Below, in pieces: positions 1 to 21,040 of a stretch of 64,000 nucleotides of DNA. Origin of the DNA: the human T2T-CHM13v2.0 reference genome, Homo sapiens; the NCBI RefSeq assembly GCF_009914755.1, contig NC_060945.1; one strand, 5' to 3'. Position 1 is the first letter of the stretch. Each line of letters begins with the position of its first letter. Made by a program: the position numbers and the translations under genes. Below the pieces are notes generated by a model. The model did no database searches and was not told the origin of the DNA. It saw only the letters and a list, made by a program, of their open reading frames with translations.

Positions 1-58
1 GCTCTTTATGCTCCTGTTCAAACCCTTCCCACGACTCAGCTTAGGGATTCCAGGGACA

Positions 59-5100
<5,042 letters not shown>

Positions 5101-5867
5101 GTGAATCGACACCATCACCTTCTTGAACTTCATCACATACAAATGGGCTTTCATGAGATGGTCAAGTAGTATGTCCTGCCAATCTTCACTGGGTGTGTAG
5201 TTAGGGCCCAGCCACTCCCCTACTCCACCAGCAGGGTCTGTCACTGAGCCCCCACAAGGAGCAGAGCAGGGCAGGAGAGCCTGGGTGACTCCCACCTAGA
5301 GCCAGGAGGTTTTTGAGGATGAGGTATGTGGACACGTGGGCATGGTTTGGGATGGCCTCACTTGGAACGTTTTGGTCTTAGGAATGAAATGCTCAGCCCC
5401 CAGCACTGACTTGTGGCAGGTGCCCCAGACCGGTCAGCTGGCTGTCACCATAGTCACACCACCAGCACGCGCCACCCGAGTAGCTTGGGGAAAGTAATAC
5501 CAGAGTGTCTAAAGGCGGATCTGCACCGCAGGCTTCTGTGTCTCCCACAGCCATTGGCATAAGGAAACACGGACACGGACTACTGGCCCTCAGTGTGCCG
5601 TGTGAGCATCCACGCTCCCTCCCACGAACACATGGGGTTCTTGACACAAACTCGCAGGAACGAGAAGGTAACATGGGTCGGGCCCACCCACTGTGTCTCA
5701 CCACAGATCAGCCTTCTTCCCAACATCAGTGCAGTCTACAGCGTGTCTACTGATTATAGCTAAGCACTTCTTCACTAACCAGTTAGAAAAGAAACCCCAA
5801 AAGGCTTTCCATGACAGCCTCGAGAAATTCCGGATTATTTAGCATGTAGATCTCACCTGGTATGTGT

Positions 5868-5873
5868 TTTATT
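5868..5873 (-). terminator. Second, distal AATAAA (possible alternative poly(A) signal)
   Basis: tttatt on +, ~170 nt beyond the first signal; usage unknown. Confidence 0.35.
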
Positions 5874-6034
5874 TCATGCCCTAAGATAAAAAATATTATT
5901 TCATTTATACTCAAAGTGGTGGATGGATATTAATCTTTACCTCCAAGATGACTAGCAGATTTATAAAGAAAAAGAAATTTAAAGAACTTCCACAAGAAAT
6001 AAGTTACACCAAGAATACTGTTATCACTACAAAT

Positions 6035-6040
6035 TTTATT
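6035..6040 (-). terminator. U2AF1: U2AF1 polyadenylation signal AATAAA
   Basis: tttatt on +, ~120 nt after the stop, followed on the sense strand by GU/U-rich sequence (CTTGGTGTAACTTATTTCTTGTGG). Confidence 0.85.
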
Positions 6041-6161
6041 CAGAAACCCATCTTTGTATGTTTTTTTTTTTGTTGTTTTTTAAAAAAAATTCCCCTTATG
6101 AACTGGTTTGGTCAATCAACTACAACACTTTCTAGCAGACATAAGGTAAAAATGGCATGGC

Positions 6162-6309
6162 TCAGAATCGCCCAGATCTTTCACGATCTCTCGACCGCCT
6201 CCTGTCACGCTCCCGTCCGCCGCCACCTCCACCACCGCCACCGCCACCGCCACGACCACGGTCTCTAGACCGAGAACGACGCTCCCGGGATCGGGATCTT
6301 GATCTATGC
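6162..6309 (-). CDS. U2AF1: U2AF1 exon 8 coding part (RS domain with 12-Gly run, stop TGA)
   Basis: 148 nt; ttgcag acceptor; HRSRSRSRERRSRSRDRGR(G)12RERDRRRSRDRERSGRF*; TGA at 6164-6162. Confidence 0.98.
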
Positions 6310-7010
6310 CTGCAACCAAGGAAAATAAAGAAAACCGTGCCATCCAAACCACGGCACGCAGCACAGAACCACACCCACTCTCTCAACACGCGCAGCTCCT
6401 CAAGCCAACGGCACTGATAAGGAAAAACACTGCTGAAGAGACTGCACGCCGTGACTGAGACACACCCTGATTTCAGGTGTGAAAAGTTTCAGGAGAAAAA
6501 AATGTGCAACTTAGAAGTGAACAGGTGTAATACCTTGCATCTTCTGTCTTCTTCTAGAACCAACTCAAATGGTCACAGGAAATCATAATCAAAATGAGCT
6601 GGACACATACCATCTTCAACCCTCACTGACCCCACGCTTCAGGCGCTCATAGCTACTGTGTCCATCAGGTTTTTGGGCTGGGGAGAGCAGGCCTGTTTTT
6701 CTCTTATGCTTCTTGAATGCTGACAATAAAACAATCGCCACCCATCTATTTACTAGTCCATGTTTAACAGAAGAGGGATGAGAACCTCTCCAGACTCAGA
6801 ACTCAATCGGTTCGATTCTGACGTCTTGATTTTCTCTGCTCTGTGACCTGTCGTACATTTAAATGTAGGATCAGAGAGATGTGACCGCTGGGCCTGATTC
6901 TGCCAGTGTCCCGAAGGGAGGATGCCAGCGATCCCAAGACATAATGAAATGCCCTAAAACCAACAAGCAAAACCAAAAGAAACCCCAGTGGACATGTGAA
7001 ATATGTAAAG

Positions 7011-7170
7011 CAAAAGCTTGTCCAACCTGCAGCCCAACACAAATTCATCAACTTGCTTAAAACATTATGAGATTTTTTTTGCAATTAAAAAAAAAGTTAT
7101 CAGCTATCATTAGTGTATTTTATTTGTGACCCAAGACAATTCTTCTTCCAATGTGTCCCAGGGAAGCCAT
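7011..7170. mobile_element. MER30-like hAT DNA transposon fragment in U2AF1 intron 7
   Basis: gcccaacacaaattc..aaaacattatgagat..tcagctatcattagtgt..cccaagacaattcttcttccaatgtg..cccagggaagcca resembles the recalled MER30 consensus. Confidence 0.75.
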
Positions 7171-7530
7171 CCCTGATCTAAAGGAGGTTACAACATCTAT
7201 TCTTCTTCTTCGTAATATCTGGGAGAATAAACTGCATGCCCACTTTCACCACGAGCCTCATGTCCGCGGCTGCCCAGCTAACCGCCCTCTTGCTTGATTA
7301 CTAAGATCTGATCTCTACTTGAGAAGTTGGATAATGAAGTTACCTGTGTGCAGGTGAATATTCTTCTCCAAAGAGGACATTTGGATATTTAAAAATATGT
7401 ACTATGTTCTAAGCACTGCCTTTTAAAAAACAGAAACAACACCTATGCCAAAATTTTTTTTTTGGAAGGGGGAGGGTTGTGAGGGGAGAAAGAAGCCACT
7501 GAGCTTAACAACGGGCACAGGAATACTCAC

Positions 7531-7623
7531 TTCTTGCGACGGCGGCCATACAGCTCCCGCCGCAGCTCTCTGGAAATGGGCTTCAAATGCATGAAGTTGC
7601 AGAAGCCGCCTCGTGTGCATTCT
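7531..7623 (-). CDS. U2AF1: U2AF1 exon 7 (ECTRGGFCNFMHLKPISRELRRELYGRRRK)
   Basis: 93 nt; ccacag acceptor, AA|gtgagt donor; ZnF2 C-terminal half. Confidence 0.98.
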
Positions 7624-7714
7624 CTGTGGGTGGGTTGGAAGGAGACATTTACTACCTCGTGTGCACACGGCCCCGAACTGTGCTCAGTCACGTCACTGGC
7701 CACTCCTCACTCAC

Positions 7715-7848
7715 CCCATCTCATACTGACGGCAGCAGGCTTCTCTGAAGTCCGTCACGGGTGACAGCTCGGCGTGGATCGGCTGTCCATTAAACCAACG
7801 GTTATTCAAGTCAATCACAGCCTTTTCCGCATCTTCCTCACGGCGAAA
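7715..7848 (-). CDS. U2AF1: U2AF1 exon 6 (FRREEDAEKAV...ACCRQYEMG; Q157 codon CAG at 7728-7726, wild type)
   Basis: 134 nt; tttcag acceptor, GG|gtgagt donor; visible in ORF 7711..7911. Confidence 0.98.
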
Positions 7849-8390
7849 CTGAAAAGACAAAAACAGAAGTGCTTGCCATCCACGCTTTAATAAGACTTTC
7901 TCAATTACCAATCCAAGTATGTATCAGAGAGAGATATACACACTCAGGTATAGTAAGGTGGAATAGTATTACAGGATAATTGAAAAATCCTTTATTTTCA
8001 ATGAGATTAACTTCAAGATAGTCCAAGATTTTGCCAAATGTTGCCTTCATTTTTCAAATTCAACTGGTTAAAGGAGCAAATATGGCTGTGTAGGCAAATA
8101 AAGTTTTATTCACTAAAAAAGAAAAAAGAAACCAAACATGTGAGTAAACCTAACTTTTCCTTAGTCCACACAGCTTCTAAACCAACAGGTACTAAATATT
8201 CTACACTGAAATAACGATGGCTGTGGTGTACGGTCCGTCCTTCAGTTCTGCTGGCTGGGCGCACGTGTGGGCTGGCCACCGCCACATATGACGCAGCCGG
8301 TAGGCGCCGAGCCAGTGCACCTGAGCCCTGCTGTGCGCCTGAGCATCCAGGATCTCAAGGTGCATGGCGACAGGCACCCCATCCTCTGTC

Positions 8391-8490
8391 GGCCTTGGCC
8401 CCGGCACACTAAGCGGCTGCACCACTGTCTCGCTTTCGCCTGTTGGCCTTGGCCCCGGCACACTAAGCGGCCACGCCGCCGTCTCGCCCT
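8391..8490. repeat. 54-bp tandem duplication at the start of U2AF1 intron 5
   Basis: GGCCTTGGCCCCGGCACACTAAGCGGC repeated at 8391 and 8445. Confidence 0.9.
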
Positions 8491-8499
8491 GGCTCCTAC

Positions 8500-8598
8500 C
8501 TTGACGTACACGTTCCCCACCAGGTGGTCTCCCAGGTTGTCACAGACGTTCATCTCCTCTACTTCCCCATACTTCTCCTCCATTTCTGTAAAAACCTC
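8500..8598 (-). CDS. U2AF1: U2AF1 exon 5 (EVFTEMEEKYGEVEEMNVCDNLGDHLVGNVYVK)
   Basis: 99 nt; cttcag acceptor, AAG|gtagga donor; visible in ORF 8242..8613. Confidence 0.98.
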
Positions 8599-8755
8599 CT
8601 GAAGGGAGACCACAGTGGTTTAAGACTCGTTATACACTACAAAGTGTCATTAGATATAACTCATGTATGTTTATTAGCAGAGAAACATTTTAAATCCTTC
8701 CAAACAGATACAGAAGATCAACAGGTCTATCAGTCACAGAGTTCAGTTCTCTCAC

Positions 8756-8805
8756 CTCAAAAAACTCATCATAGTGTTCCTGCATCTCCACATCGCTCAC
8801 GGCAC
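8756..8805 (-). CDS. U2AF1: U2AF1 exon 4 (CAVSDVEMQEHYDEFFE)
   Basis: 50 nt; ttgcag acceptor, GAG|gtgaga donor. Confidence 0.98.
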
Positions 8806-9032
8806 CTGCAAACAACAGAAATCTTGCTGGTTAGAACATGTTAACCGAGTGAACTCTTGTGTTTAAACTCAAACTGCTACAGTAACACACACGAGATTAT
8901 CTAGAGAAAAGCCTGGCAGAGCTGCACTCTGCAGGAGCACTCAGGAGACTGAGCCACATGGCTACTTGTGAATGGTGTCAAGTGTGGTGAGATTTTAAAT
9001 GTCCCCATGACAGTCTCGATTCTGGCTACTAA

Positions 9033-13292
<4,260 letters not shown>

Positions 13293-13523
13293 CAGCTCTA
13301 GACTGTTTTAAAGGGCACCCTTTCCAGTTACTTTTTCCCTTTTAACACACGGTGGGAGTTCAAATCTCCAAAAGAGGTTTCCATGGGGTCAGTGGGACGA
13401 AAGCTCCTTGCCACCTCTAGTGAAACGCGGTCCTTGACACTAGCACGGCAGACCAGATGGAGTGGACACTGAGCTCTGACACGCAAGCCCAGGGAACCGG
13501 GGAAGGAACTTGTATGAACTTAC

Positions 13524-13590
13524 AGCGCAAACCGTCAGCAGACTGGGAAGAGTTTTGAGGGTTACGGTAAATGTTCAAGAGGGCAATGGT
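13524..13590 (-). CDS. U2AF1: U2AF1 exon 3a (isoform a: TIALLNIYRNPQNSSQSADGLR)
   Basis: 67 nt; tttcag acceptor; T|gtaagt donor. Confidence 0.98.
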
Positions 13591-14436
13591 CTGAAATACA
13601 AAACGCAACAACTTTATATTATGGAAAATTAAAGGTAAACACTTAACCGGCTGCCTCTGGCAAGTGCTTCAGTTGAGATTCAGTGCTGAAAAGAGAGCAA
13701 GTTATTTTCTGGAGAAGCAGAGGCGTTTTCTCAGTTGGCGGCTGCCTTGAATCCCTAACACTGCGGTGTAACGGAGGTCTCATGATATGCCCATCTTGTA
13801 CTTCTGCTTACAGAACGTGAAAACTCTCCTTTTCAAAATTCCAATTCAGGTAAAAGCACAAATAGTTTGCCAGGCTAGCACCAAAATGTTCTTAGATGTG
13901 GCAGAAAATTTTTAATGAACTCGGAAAGAATAATGCTTACATAAACTGATGGAAAAAATTACTGTATTAGAGAAATACAATTGTTACATATCATGAAATC
14001 TCCACTTCCTGGAGGAAAAATTATAATGGTGAAATAAAACCCACACTTACTGGGCAACTTACCTTATTGATTCCTTAATATTCCTAAGAGTTTTAATTTT
14101 ACACAAAGAACTTAATAAAGGCCAGGGGTTCAGTCACTGTAAAGACCAATGAATGGCTCAAAATGTTGAAATCCGTTTCACATGGACGGACCTGCTCTCA
14201 TGACAAATGTCAATCAATGGAGGTGGCCGGGCCAGTGACCCTCCCTAGAAGGGATAAGCCTCCTGAACGTGGCCAAGTATCAAGTTCTTGCTGTGTGCGC
14301 CAAGGAGTTCCAGCACCTTGTCCTGTTTGCAACAGCTCTATGTCAGCAGCTCAGAAGCCAACATTATTTGTCTCAATTAAGAGTGGGCTCTTTAACACCA
14401 TTGTTTTAAAAAAATTTCTCCAACTGTGGGACTTAC

Positions 14437-14503
14437 AGTGTGAGCCGTCAGCCGTCTGTGCACTGTTTTGGGGATTACGATAGATGTTTTGAATCAAGAT
14501 GGT
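14437..14503 (-). CDS. U2AF1: U2AF1 alternative exon Ab/3b (isoform b: TILIQNIYRNPQNSAQTADGSH)
   Basis: 67 nt; long polypyrimidine tract + cgcag acceptor; T|gtaagt donor; paralogous to exon 3a. Confidence 0.97.
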
Positions 14504-17385
14504 CTGCGGGGAAAAAAAAATAAAAAGGGGAATTCTACTGGCTGCTGTGCATATATTAGACAATTGCAAAGAGACAATTTGTTTGCAAATGGCTAAACGT
14601 TTGTTTTTTTCCCGCAAGTCAGACATTTGTCTTCTGAAGAGTACACCAAAACCATCATATTATGAAAACAGAGTTTGAGCAGTGACTTGGGTCAAGTCAG
14701 CCAGCAACCAAGAAGAAACTGTATTGTTTTGATTAGTCCCACGTTTTCAATGTTAAAGTGTTTTAATGCAAGATAAATAGTAGAATACTAATATTTTCTT
14801 GTACTTCAAGCTAGCAGACACCAAGATGTGGAAAAATTCACGTTATAATCATATTCCTCACACAAGATAATTTTTCAAAACCAAATGCGTAACTCAGCTG
14901 TCTGCAGTACATCAAGTTCTCTGGTCTCCTAGCAAAACAGGCACACCAAACAGGTCTGTCAACTGTCATGGACACCCGGCTCTGATTTACACTTTCTTGG
15001 TGGGATCTCTGTTTACATAATACAATAGCTTAAAACATTTGCTCTTTTCCGATCCTTCTTTTAAGGAAAAAAAATCCTTTTAGCCCTTGTGCTTTAAACT
15101 GGATCAGGCAGACTTGAAACCTTACACTGTACCGTTCTTCTTAAAATCAAGTTGTCTGAAAAAACAAACCATGTTTAAGTTAGTAGGCTAATATATTACA
15201 TGAATCTTAACGTCCATATCACTGTAAGCAGCTTATAAAGAAACCCACCCTGAATTATGCTAGAGATTTACAAGCTAAAGCAATCACTCGCATGATTTAG
15301 AAAAATAAATGTTTAGTCTCAACAATATCCACGTGAAGCAGTTTTGTAAGTGGTGGTTTTATAAAACCAGCCAGCTCCATTTCTAGCTCTGTTTAAAGGG
15401 GAGTGGTTGTATGAAGAGTTCCTCAGTCAAAGGTGTGCAGCTGGGAAGCCCACCCCACCTAAGAGGGAGGTCTGACAAACTGTCCACACTGAACCACTCA
15501 GACCTGCATCAGGGCCCCGTTTCTTCCATAAGCCGCCAAGTACAGCCCTGAGTCAACTGAACTCAGGCCTGGGAGGCTTCCCAAAGCTGACTTGACTCAG
15601 CTTTGAACTGAAATGACCGTACCATGACAACCCTGATGAAAAGCTAAACTGAGCCCAATTATTCAACAGTAAAATTCAGTTGGTCTCACTCAGGTATTCT
15701 GGCAGTGGCTATTTAATGAAGGAAGCTTAACGTAAAGAGGCAATGCAGTCTAATGGGAAAGCCAAGGGTGGCTAGGATTGCCTAAAACCAACCAAAACAA
15801 ACCCACGCATCAAACTAGGATGCTTAAGCTGACACATACTACTGACCCCATCGAGCTCCAATGGGCTCTCCCCAGCACTGACCTGGAATGCCTAAATTAA
15901 CTTCACATTTCACATTCTCAGGTAATCTATGATCCAGAAAAACATAAAGAAAGTGCCTCCAGCCAGATTAAAGAAAACTTTTAGAATAGGGAACAGTTGA
16001 TTTCTCTCAGCCCAACACTTGGGACACCCCCCAAAATCAAAGAACTGGGTGGTCACTTAAGATGCTTGGTTATACCACAATCCATGGCCACTGGTTTAGT
16101 TAGGGGAGATTCGGTTCATAAATCAAAACATTAAAGAAAAAACAATTGCAATACACAGAAAATGTAAAGCTAGTTCTCCAAGATTTTGAAATTTGTAAAA
16201 AGAAACTCATGTTCAGAGCTATCAAAAGACAGACTGCTATTATACTAACCACTTGGTAATTAGCATAATGGAGGGAAAAGCCATCATCCTCTTCCCTTCT
16301 AAAAACACTGTGTGCTGTGGGGTCGTCCATGGGCTTCAACCGGAAAAAACCCATGTTTCCTTCTCCCAGCTCACTTACACAAAGTGGTAGATTTTCTTAA
16401 ATGCTTACAGGAAAACGTATACAGACAGATGTGAGCTCAAAGGCAGAGCCTGGCAGCTCCCAGGGACCACGCATAATAGCTACTCAACAGCTCAGAGGCT
16501 GCACATTTAGACTTCAAGGGTGGGTTGGAAGGAGTTCCCCAGCCCTCCATCTGGAAAGACTTGGGCATCGATTTTCAAATTTCAAATGTTCTCATCAACG
16601 TGGGCACAAGTTTTCTGCTCCGATTAGAGGTGCCTTCTCCCTTTAATCCGTAAGTGATCCTTTATAGTGTACCAACCTTTGCCTTTTCTTCAACTAACCA
16701 AAAATAAAACTATCAAAACTCACAACTTTTGATTGAACTGAACTCAGAGCGGATCTAAGCCCAAGATAACAGGCACTCCTCAATTAACCAAACAGACCCG
16801 CTAAGAGCAATTTACGGCCCATTTTCTACCTTTCAGCTTAATTTTTCATGTTTCCATGACGTGATGCGACTCGCTGTTTCCTCAGCTAGGGATGTGAAAG
16901 TGAGGACGCAGCCAGAGAAGCTCGAGCAGCATGATGGGCCTGGTGACAATCACGCTAACTTGGAAGATGGCTCCATCACCTCTACTGTCTGGAGACAGCA
17001 AAGAGCAGAAAGCCCACTCCGTGTCCACTGGTGCCTGGAGGAGGCTAACCCAAGGCTGGCACGGCCACCCCCTCTGGACCCATGTCTATCAGAGGGGGTA
17101 GGGAAGATGGCAGGGCAGCAAATATCAGGCACAGCCAACACACAAACATCAAAAACTGATTTTTAAAGTTTCTCTAATGATAAAAACAAGGAGTGGTGGT
17201 CTCAGACCTTCCACTGGAAGTCGATCACCTGCCTCACTATTATTTAAATAAAAGAACACACTTATGAACACAAATGGAAAATACAACTACGAGAGAAAAA
17301 ATGACTTGCTTAATATGTAGAAATTAACTGTCTTTGAAAAGAACATGAAGTTTTTATAATTTACATGAAAAAAAGGCAAACAAAC

Positions 17386-17473
17386 CTGGCTAAACGTCGG
17401 TTTATTGTGCAACCGAGAGCACCTGTCTCCATGACGACATGCTCCAATTTTGAAATAAAATGAACAGTTGACT
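17386..17473 (-). CDS. U2AF1: U2AF1 exon 2 (ZnF1; S34 codon TCT at 17418-17416, wild type)
   Basis: 88 nt, [29 protein letters not shown]; acceptor ttacag, donor CAG|gtttgt. Confidence 0.98.
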
Positions 17474-20059
17474 CTGTAAGGGAAAATGAGAGCTGATTAT
17501 TTTGCTGGGAAGATATCAAACACATGGAATATGTCAGCAGCATGACATACACTATCAAATTACTTTTAACCTCACAGAAACATGACACAGACTTTTTTCC
17601 GTGGTATTAAGCACCTCCTCTTCCTTGCTGTATTTTAGGACAACGTAACTTCAACTTCCCTTTCTGCAAACACACTACTTGTTCAGCAAAGACGGTTCTA
17701 ACTCTAACCCGCCTCCTCCTCATTCAAATCCCCTCCACTTTCCTAACTGCACAGCTGTTCTGTTTGTTTCTTAAATGGAGTATTAAATTAGTCTAAAACT
17801 AAATGTAACTTAGGCAGTATCTGTTCTCCAGTTCTCCACGACCAAGTTCTCTCTTGAAAAGACCGGTGTGGTGAGGGTTAAGATCCCAACTCTGCTACCA
17901 GCTGCTTGGGCTTGGGCAAGTCACCCTAGCTCTCAGATGTCATCTGTAAATGATGACAATGCCAATGTGGCACTGTTCTGAGAGTCAGACAGAACGTATG
18001 TGTGCTTCACATATGGTGCTCATGAAGTGCTATCATTATCTAAGGAAAACAGAAAACGAAGTTCAGAGTCTCTCTAAACGCATGACACCAGACCAACAGG
18101 GAGTTTCAAAAAATAGGTCTGAAGTAAATCAATTCTCCTGGTCTCAATACACTGAAAACAAACTATTAGGGGACTGACCAAACCCACCTTAGGAACCACC
18201 TTACGTCACCTTCTGTCTCTACTGCAAAACCCTCCCTTAATACTGTTCAAATACGCTGACAATCCAGATCCATATCCAATGGAACCAGCAATCATGCCTG
18301 TGTGCCAGCAATGTCAGGGAGGGAAGCCGATCTCTGATGAATTAGGACATCTTACCAGACAGACTTTGTTCAAAATTCAATTTTTTTTTAACCAAGTGCC
18401 ATTATGTTTTAAACAGTCAATCCAGAGTTAAGATTGAAGGGCCTCAACCTCAGTGAAATCTGATGGACCATGAAGACTGACTAGCCACTGATTTATTATC
18501 AGGTAGCAATAAAGATGGGAAAGTCCAAATTTATCAGGAGAGGAAAGTGATTATATATATTTGCAAACTTACAGGTCTTGAGATTATTTAACTTGATTAG
18601 ACAATAGCATATCTTTAGGAAGTCATCTAAAAATAAAGAAAGCTTATTTAAAAACTACCTCAGAATGGGCAAGCCCTGGGCCTCAACAATTAATATCCAA
18701 TTATTCCACACAATTAAACTACAGACAAGCTATTAGGATATCCCTGAATCTAGAAAACATCTATAACTTCAAACATATAATAAGCTAAACATTTTTTAAT
18801 TGGTAGAGATCTATATTTTATTCTTAGCTTAAATAATAATTAAAGTTAATATGAACCATCAGCTTCATTTTTCAGGAGTTGATCCTGTTCCCTGGAAGCT
18901 AAAACCCCACGTCTCCCTGAAAAGAAAACACAAGTAACCTAGATTAAATAATCAACTTTTCTGAATTAAAACCATGACCTTTATAGTATAGCCCAATAGA
19001 TTGAAATGTGGTTGCTTATAGCAGAAATATAGGGAGATAGACTTTTACAAGACAGAAGTCATGCCACATGCAAATATGAAAAGGAGAAATTAATGATGCC
19101 CCGATCCTACATGTGTTAGTTCTTCACCCTAAACTCAGAAGAGTCTCTTGTTCCGATAGAGCTGGTCTATTCATTCGCCAAGATCATACCGTGAGTTCCT
19201 TAAGGATAATATCCAAATTTTACCCATGTTTAAGTCTCCAGAAACTGACCTATAGTTGACCCCCACTAAATGTTTCTGGAGTGACTATAACTGGTAGATT
19301 TTGGCTTAAAATTTTGCTAGAAATATAGCCTCCTCATCCAAACAACACAGGAGATTCTACCATGTGTGAAGAGGACATTTTACAAGATAGACTCCATCCT
19401 GGAAAAGAGAAACATTTTAAATAGCGTTTGAAAAAAGTGGCATTAAAAACATCTATGACAAACTTAGGGGTTTATCATTGAAAACATAAAGTCATGTTAA
19501 CTTTGTATGGCACTGAAGAATGCCAAGATAACTAAAGAGTAGATTAAGCCAGATGCTGAGTCTTTAGGTTTTCAAAGTAAGAATTATCCTTCAAACGTCT
19601 GAAAACATTCCATTTAGTCTAAACTACAGCCAACTCACTGGAAATTAGTACGTGCCAAGGTGGCAATTAAAGCTGAAATTAAATGTTTTGCTTTTAACCT
19701 AACGATTGATTAGGGAAGGCATGCAACCTTAAGGAAAAAATCAAAACATCTTTTTCCTTATATCAGAATTGTGTCTTCAAGAACAGTCACCGACTTACAA
19801 ATTTTCAACTTAGATGATGGGTTTATCGGGGTATTAAAGGCATTTTCGATTCATGATGGGTTTATCGGAACGCAATCCCATGGTAAATCCAGGAGCACCT
19901 GTATGTTAAGAGCGGATCACGTCTCTTGTGGTTAGATAGTTAATCCAGTAGTCTCCACCATACTTTTTCTCGTCATATCTCCTTACTGCCGGCCCAGCGG
20001 TCGCTTAAACAGGCAAGAGGCTGGCTAAGTGGATAAAACACCAACGCTTAGGACCCTAA

Positions 20060-21040
20060 GTTAGATAAGCGACTGAATACTGGCGAGGCTGGTACCAGAG
20101 CTTGCTCGACAGGACATTCACAGCCGAAAGTTGGAACAAACGTGTCCACGTCCAAAAGGCCCGGATGCTCCAGGCAACTTTCAGCGCGGCTCGAGGCGGC
20201 TTCCGGGAGCCGGCGACTCGGAGGCCCGGACGTCGGGCGATCAGCCAGTTCGGACCCCAAGGCCGGAGAAAGCTCGGCCGCGGCGCCCCGAAAAGAGACC
20301 CCATTCATTCTCCCCGCTCCATTTTTCCGCCGCGCGGCCCACGAGGCGGCGGCTCCGGAGGGCGCGCAAGGGGCCGGAAGGGCCACCGCTCCTTCCCGCC
20401 GCGCGCCCCTCCCCCGCCACCGCCGCGCCGGCCCGCCTGGGCCTCCCCGGTCGCCCTCCCACCGCCTCAACCACCCTGCGCCCCGATCGCGCCCAACCCC
20501 CGGCGGGGGGCTCCCACTCACTTGTCTTTCTCGGTGCCGAAGATGGAGGCCAGATACTCCGCCATTTCCCACCCGCCGCCGCCGCTGCCGTCGACACTGC
20601 TGCCGACGCCGCCGACCCTGCCGACGCCCGCGGGAGACGTCACCCGGACGCGACGACGCTCTTCCCCGCCCCGACGTGGCAGCGCTACCCAGTCAGGCGA
20701 GGTGCTGCCTGCGCGTGGGCGGGACGCATGCGCGTAGGGAGCACGTAGTGCGCGTGGGAGGCTCCGCCTTTTCGGTCCTGGGAACCCGCGCCCCCTGCCG
20801 GTGCCCTCCCCGCCCGGCCCTAGCTCTCTCGCCTTCTCGCCCGCCCGGCGCTGGCCCTGCTGGATCCTGCGCGCCGGGGACTGGGGGCTGGCAGTGCAGA
20901 CCGAACCCGGGGCCGAGGGGCTTCTCCACAGAGCCGCCTGGGGCTCGGTGGGGGGCGCTCAGCTCGACCCCAGCTAAGGGAGCACTAGGAAGTGCGGGCG
21001 TCCCCTTCCCTGCACCCTTGCGGGGCGGGAACCGTCGACC
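20060..21040. promoter_or_regulatory. U2AF1: CpG island / U2AF1 promoter, exon 1 and start of intron 1
   Basis: Very high GC and CpG density; no TATA; CRE-like GACGTCA 20636-20642; GC box GGGCGGGA 20717-20724; NRF1-like CGCATGCGCG 20725-20734; YY1-like AAATGGCGG over the ATG. Confidence 0.93.
20522..20565 (-). CDS. U2AF1: U2AF1 exon 1 coding part ([15 protein letters not shown])
   Basis: ATG at 20565-20563 in GGGAAATGGCG; donor AA|GTGAGT at 20521. Confidence 0.98.

Noticed and set aside
6157-6417. Plus-strand poly-Pro and poly-His ORFs
   Set aside because: Antisense shadows of the U2AF1 RS/poly-Gly exon
15600-15700. TGATGA..CTGA motifs resembling a C/D snoRNA in intron 2
   Set aside because: On the strand opposite the host transcript, boxes too close together, no terminal stem
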